From: Clostridia bacterium
Lineage (GTDB): Bacteria > Bacillota > Clostridia > Oscillospirales > SIG627
Direction of reading: 5' to 3'
Assembly: GCA_017439965.1 (NCBI GenBank)
Contig: JAFSID010000051.1
Span: 33,232 to 97,231 of the forward strand
DNA length: 64,000 nucleotides
Below the pieces are notes generated by a model, which was not told the DNA's origin, did not search any database, and worked only from the letters and a program-made list of their open reading frames with translations. Positions 27,401-35,486 of this stretch are shown piece after piece. Each line of letters opens with the position of its first letter. The first letter of the stretch is position 1. The position numbers and the translations under genes are program-made.

Positions 27401-30400
27401 TTGTGCTTATGGAACAGATAATCCTGAAAGTCGGTGTAATACTGCTTGCCACGGCTTTTTATGGGAGCAAAAATATCCTTGAGGCTTTTGCCCGTAGCGT
27501 TGCCGTTAACGTCGGTCGCCACCTTGGACATCATATGAGTGGCGATATTGTGCGAGCTTCTCGCCTCGTTGTAGTAGGCGTACAGATATTTGTCCTTAAC
27601 GGTCTTGGCTATATCCGATATCGCCTTGCCCGAATCGACAAGCTTTCTGTACAGCAGATCTCCCGTATCGGCAATACGGCTTCTGAGCCCTTGCTTATTC
27701 CTTTTGGGGTCGGCACTTATTCGCCTCTGCGGCTCGGTCGCAACACGCTCTTTTTGCCCTAACTCCATTAACCCCGAAAGATTCATTTCGGGCGAGTCGA
27801 AAAAGCTGTCTGCTACGCTCACATCGGAATCGGTCTCAGCCGTATCCGCCTCTCCGTCGCCATTATAGTAAAGGTCAATGAGCGGTGTACCCTGATTATC
27901 TGCTGACGTATAGCTTTGCTCAGAAAGGGAAAAATTGTTATTGACATTTCCGTCAGGAGATGTTATCATATTTTCAGACATAGAGTTGATGTATGGATCC
28001 ACCGTAGCATTATTGCTACGACCCATAGAAAAACTGATTTTTTCAGTTCTAGACTCTGTGTCTTTTGTTTTTAGCAATTCAAATGCTTTCCCTTTAGGTG
28101 ATAATACTCGTAGCGAGTGAACTCTACCTTTACCAAACATTACAGATACAACAATATTTCCCTTTTCGCCATTAAGAATTGCAGGTGCTGCAAATGTTAT
28201 TGATACCGTTCCTTGTCCTTTGTGATTTTTATGACCGGAAATTATTTTTCCTTTTTTTATTACATAAGGCGAAGCAATAGCCGCTGCACGTTCCGGATCT
28301 GTTTTTGCATAATTTTCAATTGATGAGATTGCATCTTCGTCAAAAAGGATGCTACCCAAGCCTTGTACATCAATCTTGTTTCCGAAAGATTTTTTTAACG
28401 TATCTTCAAGAACTTTATAATACGGTCTTTTATCCTGCTTGCTATAAGTCACGTCTACGACCGGTTGCATTGAATTAACTTCGTCAAGGTGTGCAATCAA
28501 TTGTTCTTTTAACGTACTGAAATTGTCAGGATCCCAGTTTATATCTAAGTCACGAACGTCTTTTTGAGTGAGACTATATCTAACCTCCCCCGAATTATTC
28601 TTAAGCTTAGAGTTCAAAGCCCTCTCGAGTCTATGCTGAGCTGTTAAAAGCTTACGAGCCTCGGGGGTATTTGCTTTTATAAGGGAAATTACGTGCTTTA
28701 TTTCGCTCAGGATACGCTGTGCGACGTTGGGATGCTTTGCGGCAAGGCTATTGACAAAGCCCTCATCGGAAAAGAGGTATTCTCCGACAAGCTCGGCGGT
28801 AAGCTCACCGTTGATATCGGCATTTTCGACGGCGCTGTACGTATCGGTTATTTCCTGAAGCTTAGCTTCGTAAGTGCCGATCTGCTTTGCGTAACCGATA
28901 ACAGCCTTTTGTAAGCTGTCATAATGCTGGGAGCCCTCGAGCACGTGGGTTATTTCGTGACCGATAACCGACTGCCACGCCTTGCGGGATTCGGCGTTTA
29001 TAAGGACAGTTTTGCCCGTATACACACCGTTAACGAAGCGATTGCCGACAGAAAAGCCCGATTCCTTGAGCCTTGCATTATCGACAAACTCAAATTCAAC
29101 ACCCGTTCTTGCGTAAAGCTTGGCGGCAAGGTCTACAAGCCGATGAGACGCCTCGGTGTCATTGAGCACACCACTTGCAATTGCCCTCTCGACAATATAT
29201 CGCTCCTTACCCTCATATTTTGTCGGGTCATCGGTAAAGGCTCTGTTGGACGCCGTCTTTTCCCGATACTCCTCCGTGACGTATTCCTCGGCTGTCACAA
29301 ACGGAAGCGGGTCATTCTGAACAGTGTATGGAAGCTGTGACGAGCTTTCATCCGTTTGTATGTAATAATCAGCATTGTCAGACTTGACAGATGCATCGGG
29401 TTGTGTTATAGTTTTATTAGAGTGTGGTTGATACACGTCTTGAACGTACACCTGGGGGATTTTGTTTAAATCATTCAGAAATTCAACTACACTCTGTTTT
29501 TTTGCAATACTTTCAGGCAACTCAGGTAAATCTGGGATATCAAACATCCCGGTTTTTATCATTTGCTTATTTACCAGCAAGGATTCATTACCGTACTTTT
29601 GAGTTACTTGTTCTAAATAATATACAAGATTGTCTTCCATTTTTTTGACATAAACAAGCCCTGTCTTTCCATCTTTGCGATTTACTACAATTACCTTATC
29701 GTAATTTTCCACTAACCAAGGAATTAATTTTATATCATCAGCGGCGATTGGATATTTTTCGGATGTGTTTTCTCCGTGCGAGTTCTTTATATGACGAATG
29801 TCATTATCTCTAAGTGCATGGGAGTATCCTTCCAAAGATATTTCATCTGACACATCCGATATTAATCTTTCAGAAGGTATAGCATATTTTTTGTATTCCT
29901 GTGTGTTTTGATTTTCAAAAGCCGCATCAACATAATCATTAATGTTTTTTTGTGTTACGCCAAATTTATAATTAACATTGTTAAAATTAGCATTTATTAT
30001 TGCATTAGATACAGATTTAACAGCAACAGGCACACCAGACATTAAACCTGCAGACAACAACGTCACGCCGCCGACGTCAACTACGTATTTTTTAGCATAA
30101 TCGAACAGCGTTGCTTTAGTCGCTTCTGTTCTATCCATGCCTTCGGCAACGTAGCGGTCAATCGACAATTGAAAATCACTTAAATCACCCGATATTATTC
30201 CGTCTGCAATATCGTTTGCGGCTTCGGTACCGAGTTCACCTATCAGTTCGGTTTTTAAATTGTTTTTGAGGTATTTCCAGCCGCTCTGCTTTAAAGTATC
30301 ACCGTCAAACAATGCATCAAAAGATTTACTTTCAAAGAATATTTCGGCAGCAGCGTTTACAATACCGAGACCAAAGGCTTCGTCATCAGACAAGCCTTTT

Positions 30401-31842
30401 TTCTTTGCGTCAATAACTGTACTTCCGAACCCGCCTGCAACCTGTGTACCCAAGGTTATATATTTATTACCGCCGCCGATAAGCATAGCCATACCCTGCT
30501 CACCGATATTTATGCCTGCGTTATATAAAAACTGTCCTACGGGGCTGTCAATTTGTTCTCTTACGGCGCCGTATGTCGTATCTTTCCTGTTTTTATGAGT
30601 ATATAAAGCGTCGTTTTCGTCAATAGTACCGTCGTCAACATAGTCCGCGATTGTTCCAATACCTGTCGCCATATTTGTCAGAGGACTTTTTATAATTTCA
30701 CCAAATGTAGATTTGACGGGATGTGATTTCGCATATTCTTCATCTTTTACCCTTTGCTGTTCATTTCGGCGCATCTGAAGATTATCGCTGAGATAATTGG
30801 CATATTCAATAGCCGCATTTTCCCCTTTGGTTGCCCACAAATAATTAAAAATGGCTTTTTCATCATCGGTAAAATACAGATTCTTGTCATCGTCTAACGT
30901 ATTAAAAACAGCAGTATCGTTTACAGTTATATGTTCGTAGGCATCTTTGTCACCGTTTACGAGGTTGTAAATATGCTGGTTTTCTGTGCCATTTGTAATA
31001 ACAGACGTTGTAATCGGTGTACCGTTATAAGATCCGTTTACAATTCTATATGAAACGTCTTTCTTTTTATAAGTGCTCTTTTCTTTAAAATCGGAATTAC
31101 TTATAAGGTTATAATAAGAAAAATATTTGTTCCAGTCCTTCTCTTCATCAAGAAGATCTGACTTGTTTTTCAACTCTTGAATTTGATTTTCAAGAGTTTT
31201 CTTTTGCTCGGCTTGAGATTCGTATTTTTTCAGCTCATCCGGATTACCGGAAGGATATTTTTTATATGCTTCGATTGCCGTTTCAGGTTCTCCGAGCTTG
31301 TTTTTTTCGTTCTCAAGAGTCTCAATTTGCGAGGTAATTTGCTTTTTTTCTTTGTCAAAATCAGCATCGGTACGTATAGTGCTTCTCCAATTGTTGAAAT
31401 TCGTGTTATAAGAATTGATTCCGCTGACGGTCGCTATATCTAACGTGTTTTCAAGGCTTTTTATTCCTGTTGCAGAAGCTTCGCGTCCTATCATTTCCAT
31501 TACGTCTGATTGACGCTTCGGGGTGCTGTACAATGCGCCCATAGTTCTTCCAAATGCACGATTCTCGTCATCCTCCCATTTTTGAAAATTGGGAGAATAA
31601 TACGGTTCTTTAGCTTTTGATGCAGTTTTCAAAGCATCAAGGCGTGCAAGACCTCTTTTTTTAATTCCCGTGGGGTTGAATTCTGCAGTTTTGGTTGTAT
31701 CGTTTAACTTTTTTAACTCTTCCAAACGGGCGAGCCCCCTCACCACAGATTTAGTACCTGTGGTAGAAGGAGTTGTTTTTATCGTGTTATTTTTTGCGGT
31801 GTTTTTTGTAGAAAGTGCTTTAAGTCTTTCGAGTCCTTTCAT
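24409..31842 (-). CDS. polyvalent-type giant protein (2,477 aa) with PBECR-like nuclease motif, zincin HExxH peptidase motif, LPD-like modules and an EF-hand loop
   Basis: Uninterrupted ORF with a GGAGG RBS. Motifs DIRHIKNSHGEN, VIGHEITHVLEG, GHKNHKGQGTVSITFAAP and DTNGNGSYSAAE. Confidence 0.8.
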   Translation of the reverse strand: MKGLERLKALSTKNTAKNNTIKTTPSTTGTKSVVRGLARLEELKKLNDTTKTAEFNPTGIKKRGLARLDALKTASKAKEPYYSPNFQKWEDDENRAFGRTMGALYSTPKRQSDVMEMIGREASATGIKSLENTLDIATVSGINSYNTNFNNWRSTIRTDADFDKEKKQITSQIETLENEKNKLGEPETAIEAYKKYPSGNPDELKKYESQAEQKKTLENQIQELKNKSDLLDEEKDWNKYFSYYNLISNSDFKEKSTYKKKDVSYRIVNGSYNGTPITTSVITNGTENQHIYNLVNGDKDAYEHITVNDTAVFNTLDDDKNLYFTDDEKAIFNYLWATKGENAAIEYANYLSDNLQMRRNEQQRVKDEEYAKSHPVKSTFGEIIKSPLTNMATGIGTIADYVDDGTIDENDALYTHKNRKDTTYGAVREQIDSPVGQFLYNAGINIGEQGMAMLIGGGNKYITLGTQVAGGFGSTVIDAKKKGLSDDEAFGLGIVNAAAEIFFESKSFDALFDGDTLKQSGWKYLKNNLKTELIGELGTEAANDIADGIISGDLSDFQLSIDRYVAEGMDRTEATKATLFDYAKKYVVDVGGVTLLSAGLMSGVPVAVKSVSNAIINANFNNVNYKFGVTQKNINDYVDAAFENQNTQEYKKYAIPSERLISDVSDEISLEGYSHALRDNDIRHIKNSHGENTSEKYPIAADDIKLIPWLVENYDKVIVVNRKDGKTGLVYVKKMEDNLVYYLEQVTQKYGNESLLVNKQMIKTGMFDIPDLPELPESIAKKQSVVEFLNDLNKIPQVYVQDVYQPHSNKTITQPDASVKSDNADYYIQTDESSSQLPYTVQNDPLPFVTAEEYVTEEYREKTASNRAFTDDPTKYEGKERYIVERAIASGVLNDTEASHRLVDLAAKLYARTGVEFEFVDNARLKESGFSVGNRFVNGVYTGKTVLINAESRKAWQSVIGHEITHVLEGSQHYDSLQKAVIGYAKQIGTYEAKLQEITDTYSAVENADINGELTAELVGEYLFSDEGFVNSLAAKHPNVAQRILSEIKHVISLIKANTPEARKLLTAQHRLERALNSKLKNNSGEVRYSLTQKDVRDLDINWDPDNFSTLKEQLIAHLDEVNSMQPVVDVTYSKQDKRPYYKVLEDTLKKSFGNKIDVQGLGSILFDEDAISSIENYAKTDPERAAAIASPYVIKKGKIISGHKNHKGQGTVSITFAAPAILNGEKGNIVVSVMFGKGRVHSLRVLSPKGKAFELLKTKDTESRTEKISFSMGRSNNATVDPYINSMSENMITSPDGNVNNNFSLSEQSYTSADNQGTPLIDLYYNGDGEADTAETDSDVSVADSFFDSPEMNLSGLMELGQKERVATEPQRRISADPKRNKQGLRSRIADTGDLLYRKLVDSGKAISDIAKTVKDKYLYAYYNEARSSHNIATHMMSKVATDVNGNATGKSLKDIFAPIKSRGKQYYTDFQDYLFHKHNISRMSYRNERAIQEAAEAVRDFRIRHPEISMLDDATLRNMAYNPNDVLSDIAAEYVELLNNRDTLSGRQNKSVFGADENGELITAERSEQAVQDLLDEHPEFEALAQEVYGYIDNLMKYRVDSGLITQEDADYLKSVYPHYVPTYRVTEHTGSRRQLNRADTSTAIGRATGGTSTLMELEQALSKLTEKVVREGTKNRFGMRLFRYANMPETKRYITSIAEAGADFNPSSYIDEEAGIEELNTANVFSVYNKGKKWELEVNDSLFEAVSALTPKPNSSNLGLRGLAAANNVYKRLITGYNPAFWIRNGVKDIQDAGINSKDLSEFAKAYPTAISEIANNGEYWKRYQALGGLHNSNYDYSTGMIDENTGLIKKGLDKVEAVSSFIEQLPRLAEFIATVNKNGGLENASTDVLAEAMYNAAEITTNFGRSGQWSKALNTYAVPFWNPSIQGFDKIIRNLSETKGYKDWFRLITKTAILGLAPFALNALLYSDDEDWEAVREEDKANYFLFKYDDGKWIKIPRGRFYSALGYTADEVADAFGGEGFDVKGVASHIVNQIGPANPLTNNFFMPLVQAKLFDDENPGETWYGSDIESQSLQSLPVAERYDARTDEVSKWLGRTLRLSPKKINYLLNQYGGVLADVVLPMMTPAAENNIFSANFTLNTLPSNAYTDRYYEAKKDAEYSANGTDATPTYELMSRYWSKQDTLLKEINREIRRIEADGSVSDKEKKEMLEAQYALRNELYKKALDGQDTFRREGEGFYGEADSISDDADRLDFAYTMAAEAVNPELTSKGSAKTTYDKLAGAGLSDSVCTSLTRAIVSLEPLGDKTSVSQAQKWDAVAQAGYPEETTLEALKALVTEEAQSKKLDLCYDNNVPLKAFTALKLNMSEYDTNGNGSYSAAEYQKAIDGLFPTDYGFVLPGGDNEISLTVQQKAALWQIATGSSSVKNNPYGDYASGIAQAFNDGKASESGTQPKYNLPERKFNLPKREYNFPTRQ

Positions 31843-31851
31843 TTTGCCTCC

Positions 31852-33495
31852 TTATGCAGCACCTAACATATCAAGTATCATGTCAAGTTCTTCTTCGGTA
31901 ATCTGTTTTTTCTCAACGTACCACTCTAAATTAGCAATTTGCTGAGGAGAAAGTGTTCCACCGTTTGTTTGTACATCCCGAAGAGTTTGATTCAACACCG
32001 CTTGAGCGTATTGTCCAAGATGAGGTTTTATCGTATATCCAAAATCTCTTAAGGTGCTCTCGTCTGCGCCGTTATCTATAAGTTCCTGCCATATCTCGGG
32101 AGATATCTGTCCGTTTGCATCGGCAAGACCGTTGTTTATGATATAGAAATTCCAGCCGTCGGGAGTTCCCGCCGCTATTGCTCCGTCCTCGTAAAGCTTC
32201 TGAATATATTCGTTTGAATATCCTGCATTGAGAAGCGCGGAGATGATGCTGTCGTCTATATACCCGCCCTTTACTGCCGAGAGAGCGTTGGATGCGCTCA
32301 TTGTGGGAGTTGACGCCTTATTCTGTGACTCTTTCACCGCGGCAAGCAAGGAATCCGCGTCAGCCTGCGATATTCCCGCAACCTCAAGCAGCTCGGGGCT
32401 TACCGCACCGCCGTTTTGCATGATTGTAAATGCCATTTCGCGTGCGGCAGCTTTTTCGCTTGCCGTCTGCTCGCGCTCAAGAGCGGCTTTGTTATATTCA
32501 AGAGTGTCATTCCGGTTAAGAAGTGCCTGAAGAATTCCAGCATAACTGTCAGCGCTTTTAATCGCGTAATCAAGAGCACTCTGTGCTTTGGCAGTATCAC
32601 CCGTCAGTCGAGTGTCGGTAATTGCTTTGTCAAGTTCTGACAGCGTGTTGATTCTTTCCTGCTCTCCTTGTCTTAACGCATCAGCGTAGCTTGTTTCGAG
32701 TCCGAGCTGTGAGGATTCGGACATACCTCCCGTTATACCCTGAGATGCAAGTCGCTGATTTATATTCTTTTGTGACATCATCTTGTCGCGGTACAACTGA
32801 CGGAATAAATCCGCGTAGCTCTGATTGGTAGACCCCTTTTGTGCTGCGAGATCATTTATTGCTCTCTCGACGGAAGCGTCTGTTATCTTATTTGCCTGCG
32901 CCAATGCTTGAGCATACGTGGAATTGTTACCCGAATATATTCCCTTAAGGTTATCAATAAGGGTATTGCTGTCGTTCTGATGTTCGGCAATATACTTTTC
33001 TGCCGCCTGCGTTATTGAATCGTTTGCATATTCTGCAAGCGACGGATTGGCAGCTATCATCTGATTTCTCAATTTAAGATAGGTTTGAATTTCACCGGCA
33101 GACGCGCCACTCAAAATACCGTTTGATATAAGCTTAGAATAATCGACGCGGCTTCCATCGTCGGTCATTGTATTTTCATAATATTTTAAGCCGTCTCCAG
33201 CTGATGAGCTTACACCCACAGTCGGAGTTCTTGGAGCTGTAACGGTTGTCGTTTGCGACGTCGAGGAAAAGGCAGGAGTCGCATCCTTTTTCTGTCCGGT
33301 AGTAACGTCGTAAGCCTGCGAATAGGTCATTGTAGAGCCTGCAAGCGTAGGCTCTACACCTCCGTACATTTTATTGATTTTGGCGGCGCGTTCTTTTTCC
33401 GCTTGCGCTCTTTCTGCCGTTGAAATGTTAGTGTTCGACAATATTGCGCTGTAATCCTTATCGGGGTCGAACCCGAGTGCTGCATTATATGCCAT
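31852..33495 (-). CDS. hypothetical late protein (547 aa), candidate internal virion/ejection protein
   Basis: Start abuts the amidase stop (TAAATG) with a GGAGGTG RBS. Ala/Gln-rich helical composition and no recognisable motif. Confidence 0.55.
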   Translation of the reverse strand: MAYNAALGFDPDKDYSAILSNTNISTAERAQAEKERAAKINKMYGGVEPTLAGSTMTYSQAYDVTTGQKKDATPAFSSTSQTTTVTAPRTPTVGVSSSAGDGLKYYENTMTDDGSRVDYSKLISNGILSGASAGEIQTYLKLRNQMIAANPSLAEYANDSITQAAEKYIAEHQNDSNTLIDNLKGIYSGNNSTYAQALAQANKITDASVERAINDLAAQKGSTNQSYADLFRQLYRDKMMSQKNINQRLASQGITGGMSESSQLGLETSYADALRQGEQERINTLSELDKAITDTRLTGDTAKAQSALDYAIKSADSYAGILQALLNRNDTLEYNKAALEREQTASEKAAAREMAFTIMQNGGAVSPELLEVAGISQADADSLLAAVKESQNKASTPTMSASNALSAVKGGYIDDSIISALLNAGYSNEYIQKLYEDGAIAAGTPDGWNFYIINNGLADANGQISPEIWQELIDNGADESTLRDFGYTIKPHLGQYAQAVLNQTLRDVQTNGGTLSPQQIANLEWYVEKKQITEEELDMILDMLGAA

Positions 33496-34245
33496 TTATT
33501 TCACCTCCGTTTTATTTGCGAGACGCTGAAGCATGGTCCACACTTCTGCTCTCGTTGCGGGTTCATTTGGACGTGTACCGTCTGCAATACCGTTTTCCAC
33601 CGCCCACCTTTGAGCGTCGGCGTACCACTCCTCGTTTTTCTTCAAGCCAAAGAACTCGGCTATAACCTTGGCTTCAGCCTTTGCGAGCTCTTCGAGGTTG
33701 CTGTCAACAGAGAGCCACCTTGCACACTTGAGGTTGGTGTGGAAGCCGTGCTCAACTATAATGCCGGGAGTACCTACCCTTCGGGCGCCGTAGAGAACAC
33801 CGTAGTACTCGTCGTCAAGCTTCCCGTTGCCGTCTCGGTCATTGTCTGATTTTTTCTGATATACCTGATAGCCGGACAGAACCATCGTATCTTTTATACA
33901 CTCACCAAGCTTTTCGGCAAGTGTTTTTGATACATCATCAATATCGGTCCAGTCAACGTCCTGATATGTAACGACAACCGCTCTATCAACACTCTCTGTG
34001 TTGCAAGCGTTAGAATGAAGCGAGATAAACAGGTCACAGCCTTGTGATTTCATTCCTCTTTCGTGGAGCGGTAAATCAACATCCTTGTTATCTCTTGTTG
34101 TTATAACTCTGATGTTGTAGGCTTCGAGTTCTTTCTTGAGGGAATTTTGCAGTTTCCACATCATATCGCTTTCGTAATAAGACGGAAACACGTTGCTTCG
34201 GTTGTATTTGCCAAAGTGACCTGCATCAATACATACCTTGGGCAT
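33496..34245 (-). CDS. N-acetylmuramoyl-L-alanine amidase endolysin (Amidase_3-like) with single SLH-like C-terminal repeat
   Basis: CIDAGHFG and SLHSNA motifs. C-terminus WYADAQRWAVENGIADG..P.TRAEVWTMLQRL. Confidence 0.8.
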   Translation of the reverse strand: MPKVCIDAGHFGKYNRSNVFPSYYESDMMWKLQNSLKKELEAYNIRVITTRDNKDVDLPLHERGMKSQGCDLFISLHSNACNTESVDRAVVVTYQDVDWTDIDDVSKTLAEKLGECIKDTMVLSGYQVYQKKSDNDRDGNGKLDDEYYGVLYGARRVGTPGIIVEHGFHTNLKCARWLSVDSNLEELAKAEAKVIAEFFGLKKNEEWYADAQRWAVENGIADGTRPNEPATRAEVWTMLQRLANKTEVK

Positions 34246-34664
34246 TATTCGTCACCGTCCTTTTTGTTTTTAAGGATATCAATAGCGTTTGTTATTACTG
34301 CCGGCATAGGTATTCCCATCAATCCCGCATTTTCGATAATACTGAAGGATTCGTTTATGATATAAGCGATAATTGTGCCGTCACGAATAAGAGTGGTTCC
34401 GGTAAGTATATCAAGCCTGTGTGCAATAACTATAACAAGCAAACTTGTTCCTTTACGGCATAATCCTTTCCATCCTGCTTTTGATTCGTAGGCGCCGTTT
34501 TTGCTTTTGGGACTTTTGTGGAATATTAAAGCAACGGCTAAGCCTGTGAAATAATCAATGCACATAAATATAAAAAGCGTTGTGAGCGCGGCATCCCAAC
34601 CGCCAAAAAGCATGGCGATGACTCCACCTATAGTTCCGAATATTGTTAATAGAATTTCTTTCAT
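34245..34664 (-). CDS. phage holin (holin_4-like, 3 TM helices)
   Basis: MKEILLTIFGTIGGVIAMLFGGWD..CIDYFTG. AAGGAGA RBS. TAATG overlap with the amidase start. The ORF track extends it to 34736. Confidence 0.75.
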   Translation of the reverse strand: MKEILLTIFGTIGGVIAMLFGGWDAALTTLFIFMCIDYFTGLAVALIFHKSPKSKNGAYESKAGWKGLCRKGTSLLVIVIAHRLDILTGTTLIRDGTIIAYIINESFSIIENAGLMGIPMPAVITNAIDILKNKKDGDE

Positions 34665-34677
34665 TTTAAGTCTCCTT

Positions 34678-35130
34678 TTAATTAACTTTTTCCCATCCGT
34701 CAGGATAGGCTGAGGGGGAATGTACGTTGTTATCAATTTTCGAGCAGTAAACCTCGCCGTTTTCGGTGCAACAGTTACCCTTCATATATGGTGAGGTAGA
34801 TATTGCGACAAAGGGGAGAGCGTGAGCAGGGGCGTTTGACCATACAAATCCCCACTGCGACGGGAGTGTTTCGGGTTCTCCCGTGAACGTGTCAGAGTTG
34901 TATACCTGCAGAAGTTTTACTATTCTTCCGGCAGATGACTTACACACAAAACCGACTGGACGCTCAAGCATATTCATCTTTTTACAAGCAGAAGTAAAAG
35001 ATGGAATATAATCTGCCTCGGCATTTAGTTCAGATCCCGTCATTTCGGAGGATTTTTGCTGAACTGATTGTGCTATAAGCTTGCCTGACCGCCTTAAGGT
35101 TTCAAGAACAAGCTTGTCGTTACTCATCAT
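34678..35130 (-). CDS. hypothetical tail-associated protein (150 aa)
   Basis: Sits between the fibre and the holin. The C-terminal Cys/Trp-rich segment is reminiscent of small carbohydrate-binding modules. Weak call. Confidence 0.4.
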   Translation of the reverse strand: MMSNDKLVLETLRRSGKLIAQSVQQKSSEMTGSELNAEADYIPSFTSACKKMNMLERPVGFVCKSSAGRIVKLLQVYNSDTFTGEPETLPSQWGFVWSNAPAHALPFVAISTSPYMKGNCCTENGEVYCSKIDNNVHSPSAYPDGWEKVN

Positions 35131-35486
35131 ATATCGTTCACTCCTTCCAATATTGCATTTGCCATATCATCAACCGTTAATTCTTTCCCTGTCGATTCGG
35201 GTATCGGTGCAGGCTCAGGCATAACACCTGCCGTCATGCTCGTTACCACCACAACGGTATACGGAATACGCTCAACGGTCTCCTCGTCCGTTTCCTCGTT
35301 GGAATGCTTGACTTCGTTGTATCTTGTCTCCTCGGCTACCTCAATATTGACGAAAGGGAAGGTGTCGGGAATGGGCATATCATCGGGTATCTGTGCATAT
35401 CCTTTGGGAATTTTGCTGATGTCGGATGTTTGATTAAAATGTGCTCCGTTTGGGAGTGCTTCAATTGCAATTATTCTCATTTTCAT
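35127..35486 (-). CDS. hypothetical tail-associated protein (119 aa)
   Basis: ATGA-type overlaps on both sides. Assigned by position only. Confidence 0.4.
   Translation of the reverse strand: MKMRIIAIEALPNGAHFNQTSDISKIPKGYAQIPDDMPIPDTFPFVNIEVAEETRYNEVKHSNEETDEETVERIPYTVVVVTSMTAGVMPEPAPIPESTGKELTVDDMANAILEGVNDI

Noticed and set aside
24409-31842. The 2,477-aa ORF as a tail tape measure protein.
   Set aside because: It lies downstream of the holin and amidase rather than between tail chaperones and baseplate genes. There are no tube or chaperone genes, and the content (nuclease-like and zincin motifs) fits a polyvalent or ejection protein better.
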